Assembly: GCA_003507395.1 (NCBI GenBank)
Contig: DNVW01000016.1
Span: 12,726 to 76,725, forward strand
Reading direction: 5' to 3'
Origin: Clostridiales bacterium
GTDB lineage: Bacteria > Bacillota > Clostridia > TANB77 > CAG-508
DNA: 64,000 nt
Every line of letters begins with the position of its first letter. The stretch's first letter is position 1. A program made the position numbers and the translations under genes. Under the pieces are notes generated by a model. It did not search any database and had not been told where the DNA came from. It saw only the letters and a program-made list of their open reading frames with translations. Positions 19,691-28,936 of this stretch are shown in pieces.

Positions 19691-20953
19691 ATGAATTATA
19701 ATAAGCAAGAAGTAAAAGAAGGAATAACTTTACACCAAATAGACACAAAAAACTTTAAAACAAATTTATATGCTATATTTTTAGCAACTCCAATAACGAG
19801 AGAAAATGTAACAAGAGATGCTTTAATATCAGCAGTATTAAGAAGGGGAACAAATAAAATAAAATCACAAGAATTAATAAGTCAAGAATTGGAGGCTATG
19901 TATGGGGCAACTTTTGACTGTGGTATAGAGAAAACAGGAGACAACCATATTTTTAAATTTTATGTAGAAGCATTAAGTGATGAATTTTTACCAACAGAAG
20001 AAAATTTGGCGAAAAAAAGCTTAGAAATATTATTAGACATAGTGTTTAATCCATTGATAGAAAATAACGGTTTTAAGGCAGAATATGTGGAAGGTGAGAA
20101 GAAAAACATAAAACAAATAATAGAATCTAAAATAGATAACAAAGGACAATATTCGTTAGATAAATGTATAGAAGAAACATTCAAAGGAGAACCTTATGGT
20201 TTATATAAATATGGATATGTAGAAGATTTGGAAAAAATAACACCACAAGATTTATATAAGTATTACAAAAAAATGATATCAGAATGTAAAATTGATATAT
20301 TTTGTTCAGGAATATTAAAAAATGTAGAAAAAATTATAAAAGAAAATGAAAATATTAAAAATCTGGAAGCAAGAAAAGCAAATTATGTAATAGATAAAAA
20401 ACATGTAAATAACAATAAAGCAGTAAATTATATTCAAGAAAGCATGCAAGTGTCACAAGGTAAATTAGTAATAAGCTTAAATATAGATAGCAACATACCA
20501 AATTTAGCATATATTGCATCTATTTACAATGCTATTTTAGGTGGAGGAGCAAATTCTAGATTATTTCAAAATGTAAGGGAAAAGGAAAGCTTGGCATATA
20601 CTGCAGGATCAAATTATTTGAAACAAAAAAATGTAATATTTATAAGATGTGGAATTGAAATAGAAAACTATGAAAAAGCTTTAGAAACAATAAAAGTTCA
20701 AATAGAGAATTTGAAAAAAGGAGAGATAACAGAAGAAGACATAGAAAACGCTAAAAAATTAATAATAGCATCTGTAAAAAGTATAACTTCAGAACAAGAT
20801 ACAGAAATAACATATTACTATGGGCAAGAACTATCAGGAACATTTACAACAATAACTGATTATGAGAATAAAGTAAACTCAGTAACAAAAGAGCAAATTG
20901 TAGAAATAGCAAATAGTGTAAGCATTAATACAATATATTTTCTTAAAGATTAA
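19691..20953 (+). CDS. M16-family (pitrilysin-like) peptidase subunit, probably non-catalytic (no HxxEH)
   Basis: It has M16 fold length and architecture and is paired with a downstream HxxEH-containing paralog. Confidence 0.65.
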   Translation: MNYNKQEVKEGITLHQIDTKNFKTNLYAIFLATPITRENVTRDALISAVLRRGTNKIKSQELISQELEAMYGATFDCGIEKTGDNHIFKFYVEALSDEFLPTEENLAKKSLEILLDIVFNPLIENNGFKAEYVEGEKKNIKQIIESKIDNKGQYSLDKCIEETFKGEPYGLYKYGYVEDLEKITPQDLYKYYKKMISECKIDIFCSGILKNVEKIIKENENIKNLEARKANYVIDKKHVNNNKAVNYIQESMQVSQGKLVISLNIDSNIPNLAYIASIYNAILGGGANSRLFQNVREKESLAYTAGSNYLKQKNVIFIRCGIEIENYEKALETIKVQIENLKKGEITEEDIENAKKLIIASVKSITSEQDTEITYYYGQELSGTFTTITDYENKVNSVTKEQIVEIANSVSINTIYFLKD

Positions 20954-21051
20954 CAAATAAGGGCGTACTTTGTGCCCACTATAAAATAAAAATCACCTAT
21001 AATTATATTGTAATATTGGCTTGTGTGATGTAGAGCCGAAAAGGAGAATAA

Positions 21052-22329
21052 ATGAAAATTATTGAAAGTTTAAAGATTAAAGAAAAAGCTTATGTGGAAA
21101 CTCTAGAAAATGGACTAAAAATAATAATAGTACCTAAAAAAAATACAAATAAAAAATATATAATATGGGGCGTACATTTTGGATCTATAGACAATCACTT
21201 TATAATGCCCGGTACAGGAGAAGAAGTATATATACCAGATGGAGTAGCACACTTTTTAGAACATAAAATGTTTGAACAGCAAAATGGAACTAATAGTTTA
21301 GATACTTTAATGGCATTAGGATTAGATGCAAATGCATATACAACAAATGACCATACAGCATATTTGTTTGAGTGTACGGATAATTTTTACGAGGGATTAG
21401 ATGAACTTATGGATTATCTTCAGAATCCATATTTTACAGACGAAAACGTAGAAAAAGAAAAGGGAATAATAGGTCAAGAGATAAAAATGTATGAAGATGA
21501 CCCAGGATGGCAACTATATATGAATGCATTAGATTGTATGTATAAAGATAATCCTATAAAAATAGATATAGCAGGAACAGTAGAATCAATTTCAAAAATA
21601 ACACCAGAAATATTATATAAATGTTACAATACATTCTACAATCCTGCAAATATGACAATGGTAGTATGTGGAGACTTTGAACCAGAAAAATTATTAGAGG
21701 AAATAAAAAGAAGACTTGTAAAAAGAGAAAGTCAGGGAGAAATAAAAAGGATATATCCAAAAGCAGAAAATGAAATAAATATGCCATATAAAGAAAAGAA
21801 AATGGAGGTAAGTACGCCAGCTTTTGTAATTGGATATAAAGATATGCAAAATATAGACTATAGTGCAAAAACAGCAACAAAGAGACATATAGCGATAGAA
21901 ATATTGTTAAATATGATTATAGGCAAAAGTTCTAATTTATATAAAGAATTATATGAAAAAGGAATAATATTAGCAGAGCCAAGTATGGACTATGAGTTTA
22001 CAAAGCAATATGCACATGTTATAATATCTGGGCAATCAAATAACCCAGAAGAAATACAAAAAAGAATAAAAGAAACAGTAATGAAATTCAAAGAACAAGG
22101 AATAGAAGAACAGCACTTTGATAGAATAAGAAAAAAAGTGTATGGAGACTATGTAGTAGAATACAATAGCGTTGGAGATATAGCCAGAATGTTTTTAGCA
22201 GACAATATGAAAGAAATAAATAGCTTTGATTATATAGAAGAATATGAAACCGTAACAAAGCAATATGTAGAAGAAATATTAAAAGATGTATTTAAAGAAG
22301 AAAATATGGTATTGTCAATAATAAAATAG
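21052..22329 (+). CDS. M16-family zinc peptidase (active subunit)
   Basis: It carries the inverted zinc motif HFLEHKMF (HxxEH) and a downstream E. Confidence 0.75.
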   Translation: MKIIESLKIKEKAYVETLENGLKIIIVPKKNTNKKYIIWGVHFGSIDNHFIMPGTGEEVYIPDGVAHFLEHKMFEQQNGTNSLDTLMALGLDANAYTTNDHTAYLFECTDNFYEGLDELMDYLQNPYFTDENVEKEKGIIGQEIKMYEDDPGWQLYMNALDCMYKDNPIKIDIAGTVESISKITPEILYKCYNTFYNPANMTMVVCGDFEPEKLLEEIKRRLVKRESQGEIKRIYPKAENEINMPYKEKKMEVSTPAFVIGYKDMQNIDYSAKTATKRHIAIEILLNMIIGKSSNLYKELYEKGIILAEPSMDYEFTKQYAHVIISGQSNNPEEIQKRIKETVMKFKEQGIEEQHFDRIRKKVYGDYVVEYNSVGDIARMFLADNMKEINSFDYIEEYETVTKQYVEEILKDVFKEENMVLSIIK

Positions 22330-22390
22330 TAAACAACTATGGGACAGAGAATTAGTTATCAAAAAAATATATTTATACTCTAGAAAAGGA

Positions 22391-23206
22391 ATGAAAAAAA
22401 TGAATATAGTAAAATTTCCATTATTAAATTTAGAATTAGAAATATCGGAAGTTGCAATAAATATATTTGGATTAGGAATAAAGTGGTATGCTATAATAAT
22501 AGTTTTTTGTATTATTTTGGCACTAATATGGTGTAAATTTAAGTCAAAGAAATATGATATAGACTTTGATGAGATATTAAATTTATTTATTATATTAATA
22601 CCAACTGTAATAATTTGTGCAAGGCTTTATTATGTGATATTTAATTTAGATTATTATTTAAAATATCCAATAGAAATATTAAACATTCGAGCTGGAGGAC
22701 TTGCTATTTATGGAGGTATAATAGGAGGAATAATAGCAAGTTACATATATTGCAGAATAAGAAAAATTAATGTACTGAATTTATTAGATTGTATAGCTCC
22801 TATATTAGCACTTTCACAAGGTATAGGAAGATGGGGAAATTTCATTAATTCAGAAGCATATGGAACAGAAACAAATTTGCCTTGGAAAATGGGAATAGTT
22901 GAAAATGGAGTAGAAAAATTTGTACATCCTACGTTTTTATATGAATCTATAGGTACAGTAATTATATTTATAATATTAACAATATTGCAGAACAAAAGTA
23001 AATTTGAAGGACAAATAGCATACACGTATTTAGCTCTATATTCTCTTTTTAGGTTTTTTATAGAAGGTTTAAGAGCAGATAGTTTAATGTTATTTAATTT
23101 TAGAATATCTCAAATTTTGTCACTAATAATTTTTGTATTATCAGTAGGAATTATAGTAGAATCTATAAGTAAAAGTAAACGTATGTCGAAAAACGAAGAA
23201 GAATAG
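22391..23206 (+). CDS. lgt: Prolipoprotein diacylglyceryl transferase
   Basis: It carries the GRWGNFINSEAYG signature and is polytopic. Confidence 0.8.
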   Translation: MKKMNIVKFPLLNLELEISEVAINIFGLGIKWYAIIIVFCIILALIWCKFKSKKYDIDFDEILNLFIILIPTVIICARLYYVIFNLDYYLKYPIEILNIRAGGLAIYGGIIGGIIASYIYCRIRKINVLNLLDCIAPILALSQGIGRWGNFINSEAYGTETNLPWKMGIVENGVEKFVHPTFLYESIGTVIIFIILTILQNKSKFEGQIAYTYLALYSLFRFFIEGLRADSLMLFNFRISQILSLIIFVLSVGIIVESISKSKRMSKNEEE

Positions 23207-23331
23207 CAAAAAAAGTCACTCGAAAAATAGCTAAAAGCCTGAAAAATCAACAAAAACAGTTGACTAAGATGTAAAAATATGGTATTTTAGATATATACAA
23301 AAGAAAAAATAGAAAAAGGGAGAGTGATTGT

Positions 23332-23529
23332 ATGTTAAATGAAGAAATTTGTAAATTAAGAGAAGAGTTAAATAACAGCATTACATCCGGAAAAGATTAT
23401 AAAGAGATATACGAAATAAGTATAGAGCTGGATAGATTAATAGCTTTATATTATAGAAAAAATATAAAGGGTAAAAAGCAAAAGAAGAAAAAATTATGTA
23501 AAAAAATATTTAATTTTGTTATAGCATAA
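23332..23529 (+). CDS. Spo0E-like sporulation regulatory aspartyl-phosphate phosphatase
   Basis: A small helical protein whose IELDRLIALYY motif resembles the Spo0E family. Confidence 0.5.
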   Translation: MLNEEICKLREELNNSITSGKDYKEIYEISIELDRLIALYYRKNIKGKKQKKKKLCKKIFNFVIA

Positions 23530-23620
23530 AGATGTGAGAAATAAAAAAGTCCTAGCTAAACTGAAGTGATAAAATGAAAGTAGACACAAAAAGTCTGCTT
23601 TCATTTTTTTGTGCCAATAG

Positions 23621-23718
23621 GTGCCAATAGGGACGGGGAATTTTGGCACAAAAAATTTTAATTTAACAAAAAGCGAGTGAAAATGAAATTTCACTCGTTC
23701 TGGCGCAGATGGGCTTAA
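23621..23718. repeat. ~97-bp att-proximal repeat A. It consists of the GTGCCAATAGGGACGGGGAATTTTGGCAC hairpin, a CGAGTGAAA-ATGAAA-TTTCACTCG hairpin, and a degenerate tRNA-Leu 3' core (tggCgcagatgg at 23701-23712).
   Basis: It is ~96 percent identical to 29747-29844. It is preceded by a 10-bp tandem duplication, gtgccaatag x2. Confidence 0.7.
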
Positions 23719-23815
23719 ATTTTTACTCATCTTTTCTTACACCTTCAGGCTTTTTCAAATTTCGTATCTTTGTCCCGACATTGTCGGGAGATATTTTCTA
23801 TTCAATTATTTATTA

Positions 23816-24121
23816 TTATTCTACTTCGATTATCTTATTATTTTCTAGTAGTTTTTCATATTTCTCGTTCATCTTGTCCATATATTCTGTGTATTTATAC
23901 ATTTGTTTTTTCTGATGATAATCAAATATATCTCCATAAATATTAATTGTAGTTTGAATATTAGCATGTCCTAGAACTTTTTGCAATGTTGCTAAATCCA
24001 TACCAGCCTCAATACATCTAGTTGCAAAAGTATGCCTTAACATATGAACATGCACATCACTTGTCTTTTCATTTACATAGTGAACTCCTTTCGATTTAAG
24101 TTTGTTTTGTAAAGTTACCAT
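23816..24121 (-). pseudogene. Tyrosine recombinase/integrase, C-terminal ~100-codon remnant
   Basis: [41 protein letters not shown] aligns to the C-terminus of the integrase at 29979-31427. The N-terminal ~380 codons are missing. Confidence 0.75.
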
Positions 24122-24123
24122 CT

Positions 24124-24152
24124 ATTGACATTATTTCTTTAAAATTATATAA
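24124..24152 (+). promoter_or_regulatory. Consensus sigma-A promoter (TTGACA-17-TATAAT)
   Basis: Seen directly in the sequence. It abuts the truncated integrase and points toward the 24291 gene. Confidence 0.55.
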
Positions 24153-24290
24153 TATAGATATAGTTATAAGATACTTGATACATCTTATTGAAATAGTATA
24201 GAGACTTAGTTGTTACAACTATATATAACATATTATTATAAAAGTCAAGTAGTTTTCTAAAATTTTATAAGATTTTTTATGAGGTGTGAA

Positions 24291-25226
24291 ATGATTAGAG
24301 AAGAAAAGATTGAATTTACTGCAAAATGGTGCAAGTACAGTAAATATATAATTGAAAAGAAAGACGATAAATATTACATATTACCAGATAAAAATGCAAA
24401 ACCAAGTACATATGATCCATTTGAAGTAAAAAATCAAATATTAAAAGATTTATTAGTAATGGGTAAAGAATCAGTTGGTAATGAAATGTATAAACTTGGT
24501 AATAAGGAAGTAACAATTGAAGCACAAAGTAAAATGGAAAAATTCCAAAATTTAGTGTTTGAATTTGTAAGTAATTATGGATTACTTGGTAATTTTAGAT
24601 ATCTGCCAGAAAATTATGAATTTATGGATAATGGAGATATCCCTGTAAATTTAGGATATAATACTTCTATAAGTGCATTGGAATTTGAAAAGAAATATTT
24701 TTGGAAAGATTCAAAAATGGACTGGTCAAGTACAATGAAAGCAAACGATTATCACAGAAATACTGGTCTTAATGATGATTTTGAACAAATTGAAGGAGAT
24801 AGACTTAGTGATGTAATTTTTTCAAAAAATTATGCTGAAACTATTGCAGAAATTATTAACTTTGCAACAATTATATACAATAAAAAGCTTTTAATTTGTG
24901 CATACTTATATGATGATGTATCAGAAGATATAAGACAAGTATATCAAGAAAGTATTACTGGAGATAGCTTAAAAAAGCCAAATATTTCATATAGTGCTGA
25001 AGATGGACAAATAAAATTCAAATGGAATTTTATGTCTTTAAGTGAAATAATAGAAATTATCTTACTTTTAAATGAAACATCTGGAAGAACTGAAGTAAAA
25101 CTATGTAAGCATTGTGGTAAACCATTTATTGCTGAAAACATTAAAGCTGAATATGACACTATACAATGTAGGAATAGAGAAAATATAAACAAAAGCAGAC
25201 AAAAGAAGAATAATTATATTGAGTAA
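24291..25226 (+). CDS. Hypothetical protein with a C-terminal CxxC...C Zn-ribbon (paralog of 32549-33481)
   Basis: It is clearly homologous to the element B protein (KYxKYxI...YYIxPDK...; C-terminal CKHCxKPFIAxN...CRN). The RBS is gaggtg. It was not recognised as a named family. Confidence 0.45.
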   Translation: MIREEKIEFTAKWCKYSKYIIEKKDDKYYILPDKNAKPSTYDPFEVKNQILKDLLVMGKESVGNEMYKLGNKEVTIEAQSKMEKFQNLVFEFVSNYGLLGNFRYLPENYEFMDNGDIPVNLGYNTSISALEFEKKYFWKDSKMDWSSTMKANDYHRNTGLNDDFEQIEGDRLSDVIFSKNYAETIAEIINFATIIYNKKLLICAYLYDDVSEDIRQVYQESITGDSLKKPNISYSAEDGQIKFKWNFMSLSEIIEIILLLNETSGRTEVKLCKHCGKPFIAENIKAEYDTIQCRNRENINKSRQKKNNYIE

Positions 25227-25250
25227 ATTAAAATTATTTGGAGGTTGAAA

Positions 25251-26246
25251 ATGGAAATTAATTATCCACCATATAAAATTACTAATAAAATGTTAAACTA
25301 TGTATCAGATATAATGAAAAAAATTGGAGAAACAAATTATTTTGAAAATTTAAATAGATATCCAGAATTAAGAAGAAAATCAAGAATTAAATCAATTCAT
25401 TCTTCACTTGCTATTGAAAATAATCAATTATCATTATTTCAGGTTGAAGATGTAATAAATGGAAAACCAGTAATTGGAGAACAAAAAGATATACAAGAAG
25501 TAAAAAATGCTTATGAAGCTTATGAACAAATTGATAAAGTAAATCCATATTCTGTAGATGATTTAAAGAAAATACACGGAATATTAACTTTCTTAATTGA
25601 AAAAGATGCTGGTAAATTTAGAAATCATGGCGAAGCAGTTTATGATGGAGATATACAAATATTTATGGCTCCTCCTTACAAAATGGTTCCTACATTAATA
25701 GATAACTTATTTAACTGGATGAATGAAGTTAAAAACACAATAAATCCACTTATTTTATCGTCTATATTCCATTATGAATTTGTTTTCATACATCCTTTTC
25801 ATGATGGAAATGGTAGAACAGCAAGGATATGGCAAACTGCAATCTTATCACATTGGGAAAAAGCATTTACCTACTTACCTATTGAAAGTATGATTAGAAA
25901 AAATCAAGAAGAATATTATAAAGCTATTCAAAATTGTAACAATGCAGGAGAATCAACAGAATTTATAGAGTTTATGTTAAAAATTATTGATGACACAATA
26001 GATGAATTGATGAACTCAAAAGAAATGAGAGATAAAGCTCAATTACTACTTTCTGATAATGAAATGAAAATAATTGAATGTATTAAAAGAAATGTTTTAA
26101 TAGGTGCAAAAGAAATAATTAAAGAAACTAATATTGCTGATAGAACAGTAAGAAGAATTTTAAAAAAATTACTAGATAATAATACCATTGAAACAATTGG
26201 AAAAGGTGAAAAGGACCCTAATAAAAAATATAAAATTATTGAATAA
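25251..26246 (+). CDS. Fic-family protein with a C-terminal winged-helix DNA-binding domain
   Basis: Fic motif HPFHDGNGRTARIW. The C-terminus is wHTH-like (IIECIKRNVLIGAKEIIKETNIADRTVRRILKKL). Confidence 0.75.
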   Translation: MEINYPPYKITNKMLNYVSDIMKKIGETNYFENLNRYPELRRKSRIKSIHSSLAIENNQLSLFQVEDVINGKPVIGEQKDIQEVKNAYEAYEQIDKVNPYSVDDLKKIHGILTFLIEKDAGKFRNHGEAVYDGDIQIFMAPPYKMVPTLIDNLFNWMNEVKNTINPLILSSIFHYEFVFIHPFHDGNGRTARIWQTAILSHWEKAFTYLPIESMIRKNQEEYYKAIQNCNNAGESTEFIEFMLKIIDDTIDELMNSKEMRDKAQLLLSDNEMKIIECIKRNVLIGAKEIIKETNIADRTVRRILKKLLDNNTIETIGKGEKDPNKKYKIIE

Positions 26247-26260
26247 TGGCATAGTACTGA

Positions 26261-26458
26261 CATAGTAATGGCAGAGTTAAAAGTTATTTTTACAACTTCC
26301 CGACCATTTTTGATGAGTATATATTAGAAAATGGTCATGTAGACTTAAATCATTTCATTCGTTTTTATGAAGAAAATAAATCTAAGTATATTATCATTGA
26401 TGAATATAATACTGAATTTACTCTAGATGAGTTCTTAAGGGAAGTAAATTTAAAATAA
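26261..26458 (+). pseudogene. Start-less C-terminal ORF fragment beginning at the TAATGGCAGAG junction
   Basis: A 65-codon open frame (...YFYNFPTIFDEYILENGHVDLNHFIRFYEENKSKYIIIDEYNTEFTLDEFLREVNLK*) has no Met and a stop immediately upstream. Confidence 0.35.
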
Positions 26459-26483
26459 ATGTAATTTATAAAGAGGTTTAAAA

Positions 26484-26747
26484 ATGGAATTAAAAGATTT
26501 AGAAAAAGAAATTGAAAATATTAAAACTAGAAATAAAAAAGTTGAATTAGATAAAAAATGGGAAACGAGCTTAACTAGAAAAATATGTATTTGTATATTA
26601 ACATATATAGTTGTAATTGTCTATTCATACATAGTAAGAAATTACTCTAATATACTTTTAAGCTCACTTGTCCCTGTTATTGGTTTTACATTGTCAACAT
26701 TATCATTAAAATACATAAGAAAAATATGGGAGAAGAATATAAAATAA
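26484..26747 (+). CDS. Small two-TM membrane protein, hypothetical
   Basis: Hydrophobic segments are present. No motif was found. Confidence 0.3.
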   Translation: MELKDLEKEIENIKTRNKKVELDKKWETSLTRKICICILTYIVVIVYSYIVRNYSNILLSSLVPVIGFTLSTLSLKYIRKIWEKNIK

Positions 26748-26769
26748 ATATATTTAAGAGGTATATAAA

Positions 26770-27294
26770 ATGTTATATGTAATTAGACATGGACAAGTTG
26801 ATACAAATATAAAAAATCAGGTTAATGGCTGGAACGAGGAAAAACTTAATTCAGTAGGAATACAACAAGCTATAAATGCAGGTAATCAGCTTAAAAATAT
26901 AAAAATCGATGTAGTATTTTGTTCACCATTATTGAGAACAAAACAAACCTACAATAATTTAAATATAAAAGACATTCCAATTTTTTATGACGATAGGATA
27001 AAAGAAAGGAATTCTAATAGTATGGTTTATGCTGATGTAGAAACATTAGATAATAATATTTGGTATGATGGAACAAAAAATATTATATATAAAGATTCTG
27101 AAGGATTTAAGAGTATAATAAATAGAACTGAATCAATATTAAATGATATAAAAAATAATTATAAAGACAAAAATGTATTAATAGTCACTCACGGAGATGT
27201 TTGTAAAGCTGTTTATTTATATTTCAATCCAAATACCCAAGACATTAGTAAATTCCAACAAAATAATTGTGAAATAGTTTGTTATAAATTTTAG
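26770..27294 (+). CDS. Histidine phosphatase family protein (phosphoglycerate mutase-like)
   Basis: N-terminal catalytic RHG motif (LYVIRHGQVDTN) and the THGDV second His motif. Confidence 0.65.
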   Translation: MLYVIRHGQVDTNIKNQVNGWNEEKLNSVGIQQAINAGNQLKNIKIDVVFCSPLLRTKQTYNNLNIKDIPIFYDDRIKERNSNSMVYADVETLDNNIWYDGTKNIIYKDSEGFKSIINRTESILNDIKNNYKDKNVLIVTHGDVCKAVYLYFNPNTQDISKFQQNNCEIVCYKF

Positions 27295-27302
27295 GGGTGT
27301 TT

Positions 27303-27962
27303 ATGGGTAAAAAAAAGAATATAATTTATACAATTTTTATTATGGTATTTTCAATTATATGTGGAATAATATCAAAAGATTATTTTTTAGGAACTATAAT
27401 ACTTGCGAGTGGACTTCTTAATTCTTACTATGCAAGTGTTGGCAAAATATATAATTACATATTCGGAGCAGTTTATTGTGCTTTAAGTGGTTATGTTTGT
27501 TTGAAAACAGGTTTATATGGAATAGCCATTTTATCTTTTGCAGTTTATTTTCCATCACAAATACATGGGTATTTTAGTTGGAAAAATAAAAAGAATGAAA
27601 ATAAGGAAGTTAAAGTTAGAGGTTTTACTTTAAAAAACTCAATAATAATTATTTCTTCTTGTATTATTGGAAGTTTATTATTAGGGCTATTATTAAGTAA
27701 AATACCAACTCAACAATTAGTCTTTTTAGATTCTAGCAGCAATATTTTAAATCTATGTGGCATAATCCTTATGAATTTAAGATTTAAAGAATGCTGGGCT
27801 GTATGGTTATTTAATAATACTGTTGATTTAATAATCTGGGTTGTTAATTATATGAATAATACAGTAAATAGTACAATGATGTTATTAGTTTCAATTGGTT
27901 ATTTATTAATAAATATATATGGTTTAATAAAATGGTATAAAAAAAGTGGGTATGAAATATGA
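27303..27962 (+). CDS. pnuC: PnuC-like nicotinamide riboside transporter
   Basis: A ~220-aa polytopic protein with a terminal W..Y..K-rich tail. It lies adjacent to a nicotinamidase-like gene. The assignment is by similarity of topology and sequence feel, not a strict motif. Confidence 0.5.
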   Translation: MGKKKNIIYTIFIMVFSIICGIISKDYFLGTIILASGLLNSYYASVGKIYNYIFGAVYCALSGYVCLKTGLYGIAILSFAVYFPSQIHGYFSWKNKKNENKEVKVRGFTLKNSIIIISSCIIGSLLLGLLLSKIPTQQLVFLDSSSNILNLCGIILMNLRFKECWAVWLFNNTVDLIIWVVNYMNNTVNSTMMLLVSIGYLLINIYGLIKWYKKSGYEI

Positions 27963-28273
27963 AATATTGTATGATTGAAGTTGCCTTTGGAATTAAGAAA
28001 GAAGCAAATAAAGCAGTTGATGAATTATTAAATAAAAGATTAGTTGCAAGTTGTCAAATATTAGAAAGTAATAGCATTTGGAATTGGAAACAAAAACGAG
28101 AACAAAGCAAAGAATATATAGTTTTAATGAAAACACAGTTTTATTTACAGAATAAAATATACAATGTAATTAAAAATATACATAGTTATGAGTGTTTTGA
28201 GTTCGCTGTTTTTGAATTAAGCAGTTGTAATGAAGATTATTTAAATTGGATAGAATCAGAAACAAATAAATAA
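27959..28273 (+). CDS. cutA: CutA1-like divalent-cation tolerance protein
   Basis: VASCQIL...IWNWKQ...EYIVLMKTQ...IHSYECFEF...YLNWIESET matches the CutA signature pattern. Confidence 0.6.
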   Translation: MKYCMIEVAFGIKKEANKAVDELLNKRLVASCQILESNSIWNWKQKREQSKEYIVLMKTQFYLQNKIYNVIKNIHSYECFEFAVFELSSCNEDYLNWIESETNK

Positions 28274-28289
28274 TTGAGGAGAATAATAA

Positions 28290-28772
28290 ATGAATAGATT
28301 ATTATTAGTAATAGATGTTCAAAATGATTTTATAAATGAGCATACAAAAAATATTTTAACAAAAATAAAAGAATTAGTGGATTCAAATAAATATGATTTA
28401 ACTGCTTTTACTAGATTTATCAATGATGAAAATAGCATTTGGTATAAAAAATTAAATTATAAAGGCTGTATGACTAAAGAAGGACAAGCAATTGCTATTA
28501 ATACTAAAAACAATAAAGTATTTGATAAAAACATATATACTGCAGTAAATGATGAATTGAAAAAATATATTCAAAAAAATAATATTTCTAAAATATATTT
28601 ATGTGGCTTTGATACAGATGCTTGTGTTCAAAAAACTGCTATTGATTTATTTGAACAAAACTATGATGTATATGTTTTAAAAGATTATTGCATGAGCCAT
28701 TTAGGTAAGGAAACTCATGATTTTCATATAAATAATCTTGCAAGATTAATAGGAAAAGATAGAATTATTTAA
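28290..28772 (+). CDS. Isochorismatase-family hydrolase (nicotinamidase PncA-like)
   Basis: LLVIDVQNDF and the catalytic Cys context CGFDTDACV are present. Confidence 0.7.
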   Translation: MNRLLLVIDVQNDFINEHTKNILTKIKELVDSNKYDLTAFTRFINDENSIWYKKLNYKGCMTKEGQAIAINTKNNKVFDKNIYTAVNDELKKYIQKNNISKIYLCGFDTDACVQKTAIDLFEQNYDVYVLKDYCMSHLGKETHDFHINNLARLIGKDRII

Positions 28773-28773
28773 G

Positions 28774-28796
28774 CACTTCAAATTGAAGTGTTTTTT
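28774..28796 (+). terminator. Terminator (cacttcaa-a-ttgaagtg followed by a T6 run)
   Basis: It belongs to the same CTTCNNATTGAAG palindrome family as 2860 and 4901. Confidence 0.6.
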
Positions 28797-28830
28797 AGTT
28801 TAGATCTTCACATAATAGGAAAAGCTGAAT

Positions 28831-28859
28831 TTGCAAAAATTCACATAATGTGGTATAAT
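28831..28859 (+). promoter_or_regulatory. Consensus promoter TTGCAA-17-TGgTATAAT (extended -10)
   Basis: Seen directly in the sequence. It drives the GC-rich ORF. Confidence 0.55.
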
Positions 28860-28936
28860 TATATTGTATCACGTAAGTGAACATATCAAAAGTCCCTAAA
28901 TGGGCAATGCTTGCAATGCAAGCAAAAGGAGTCAGC

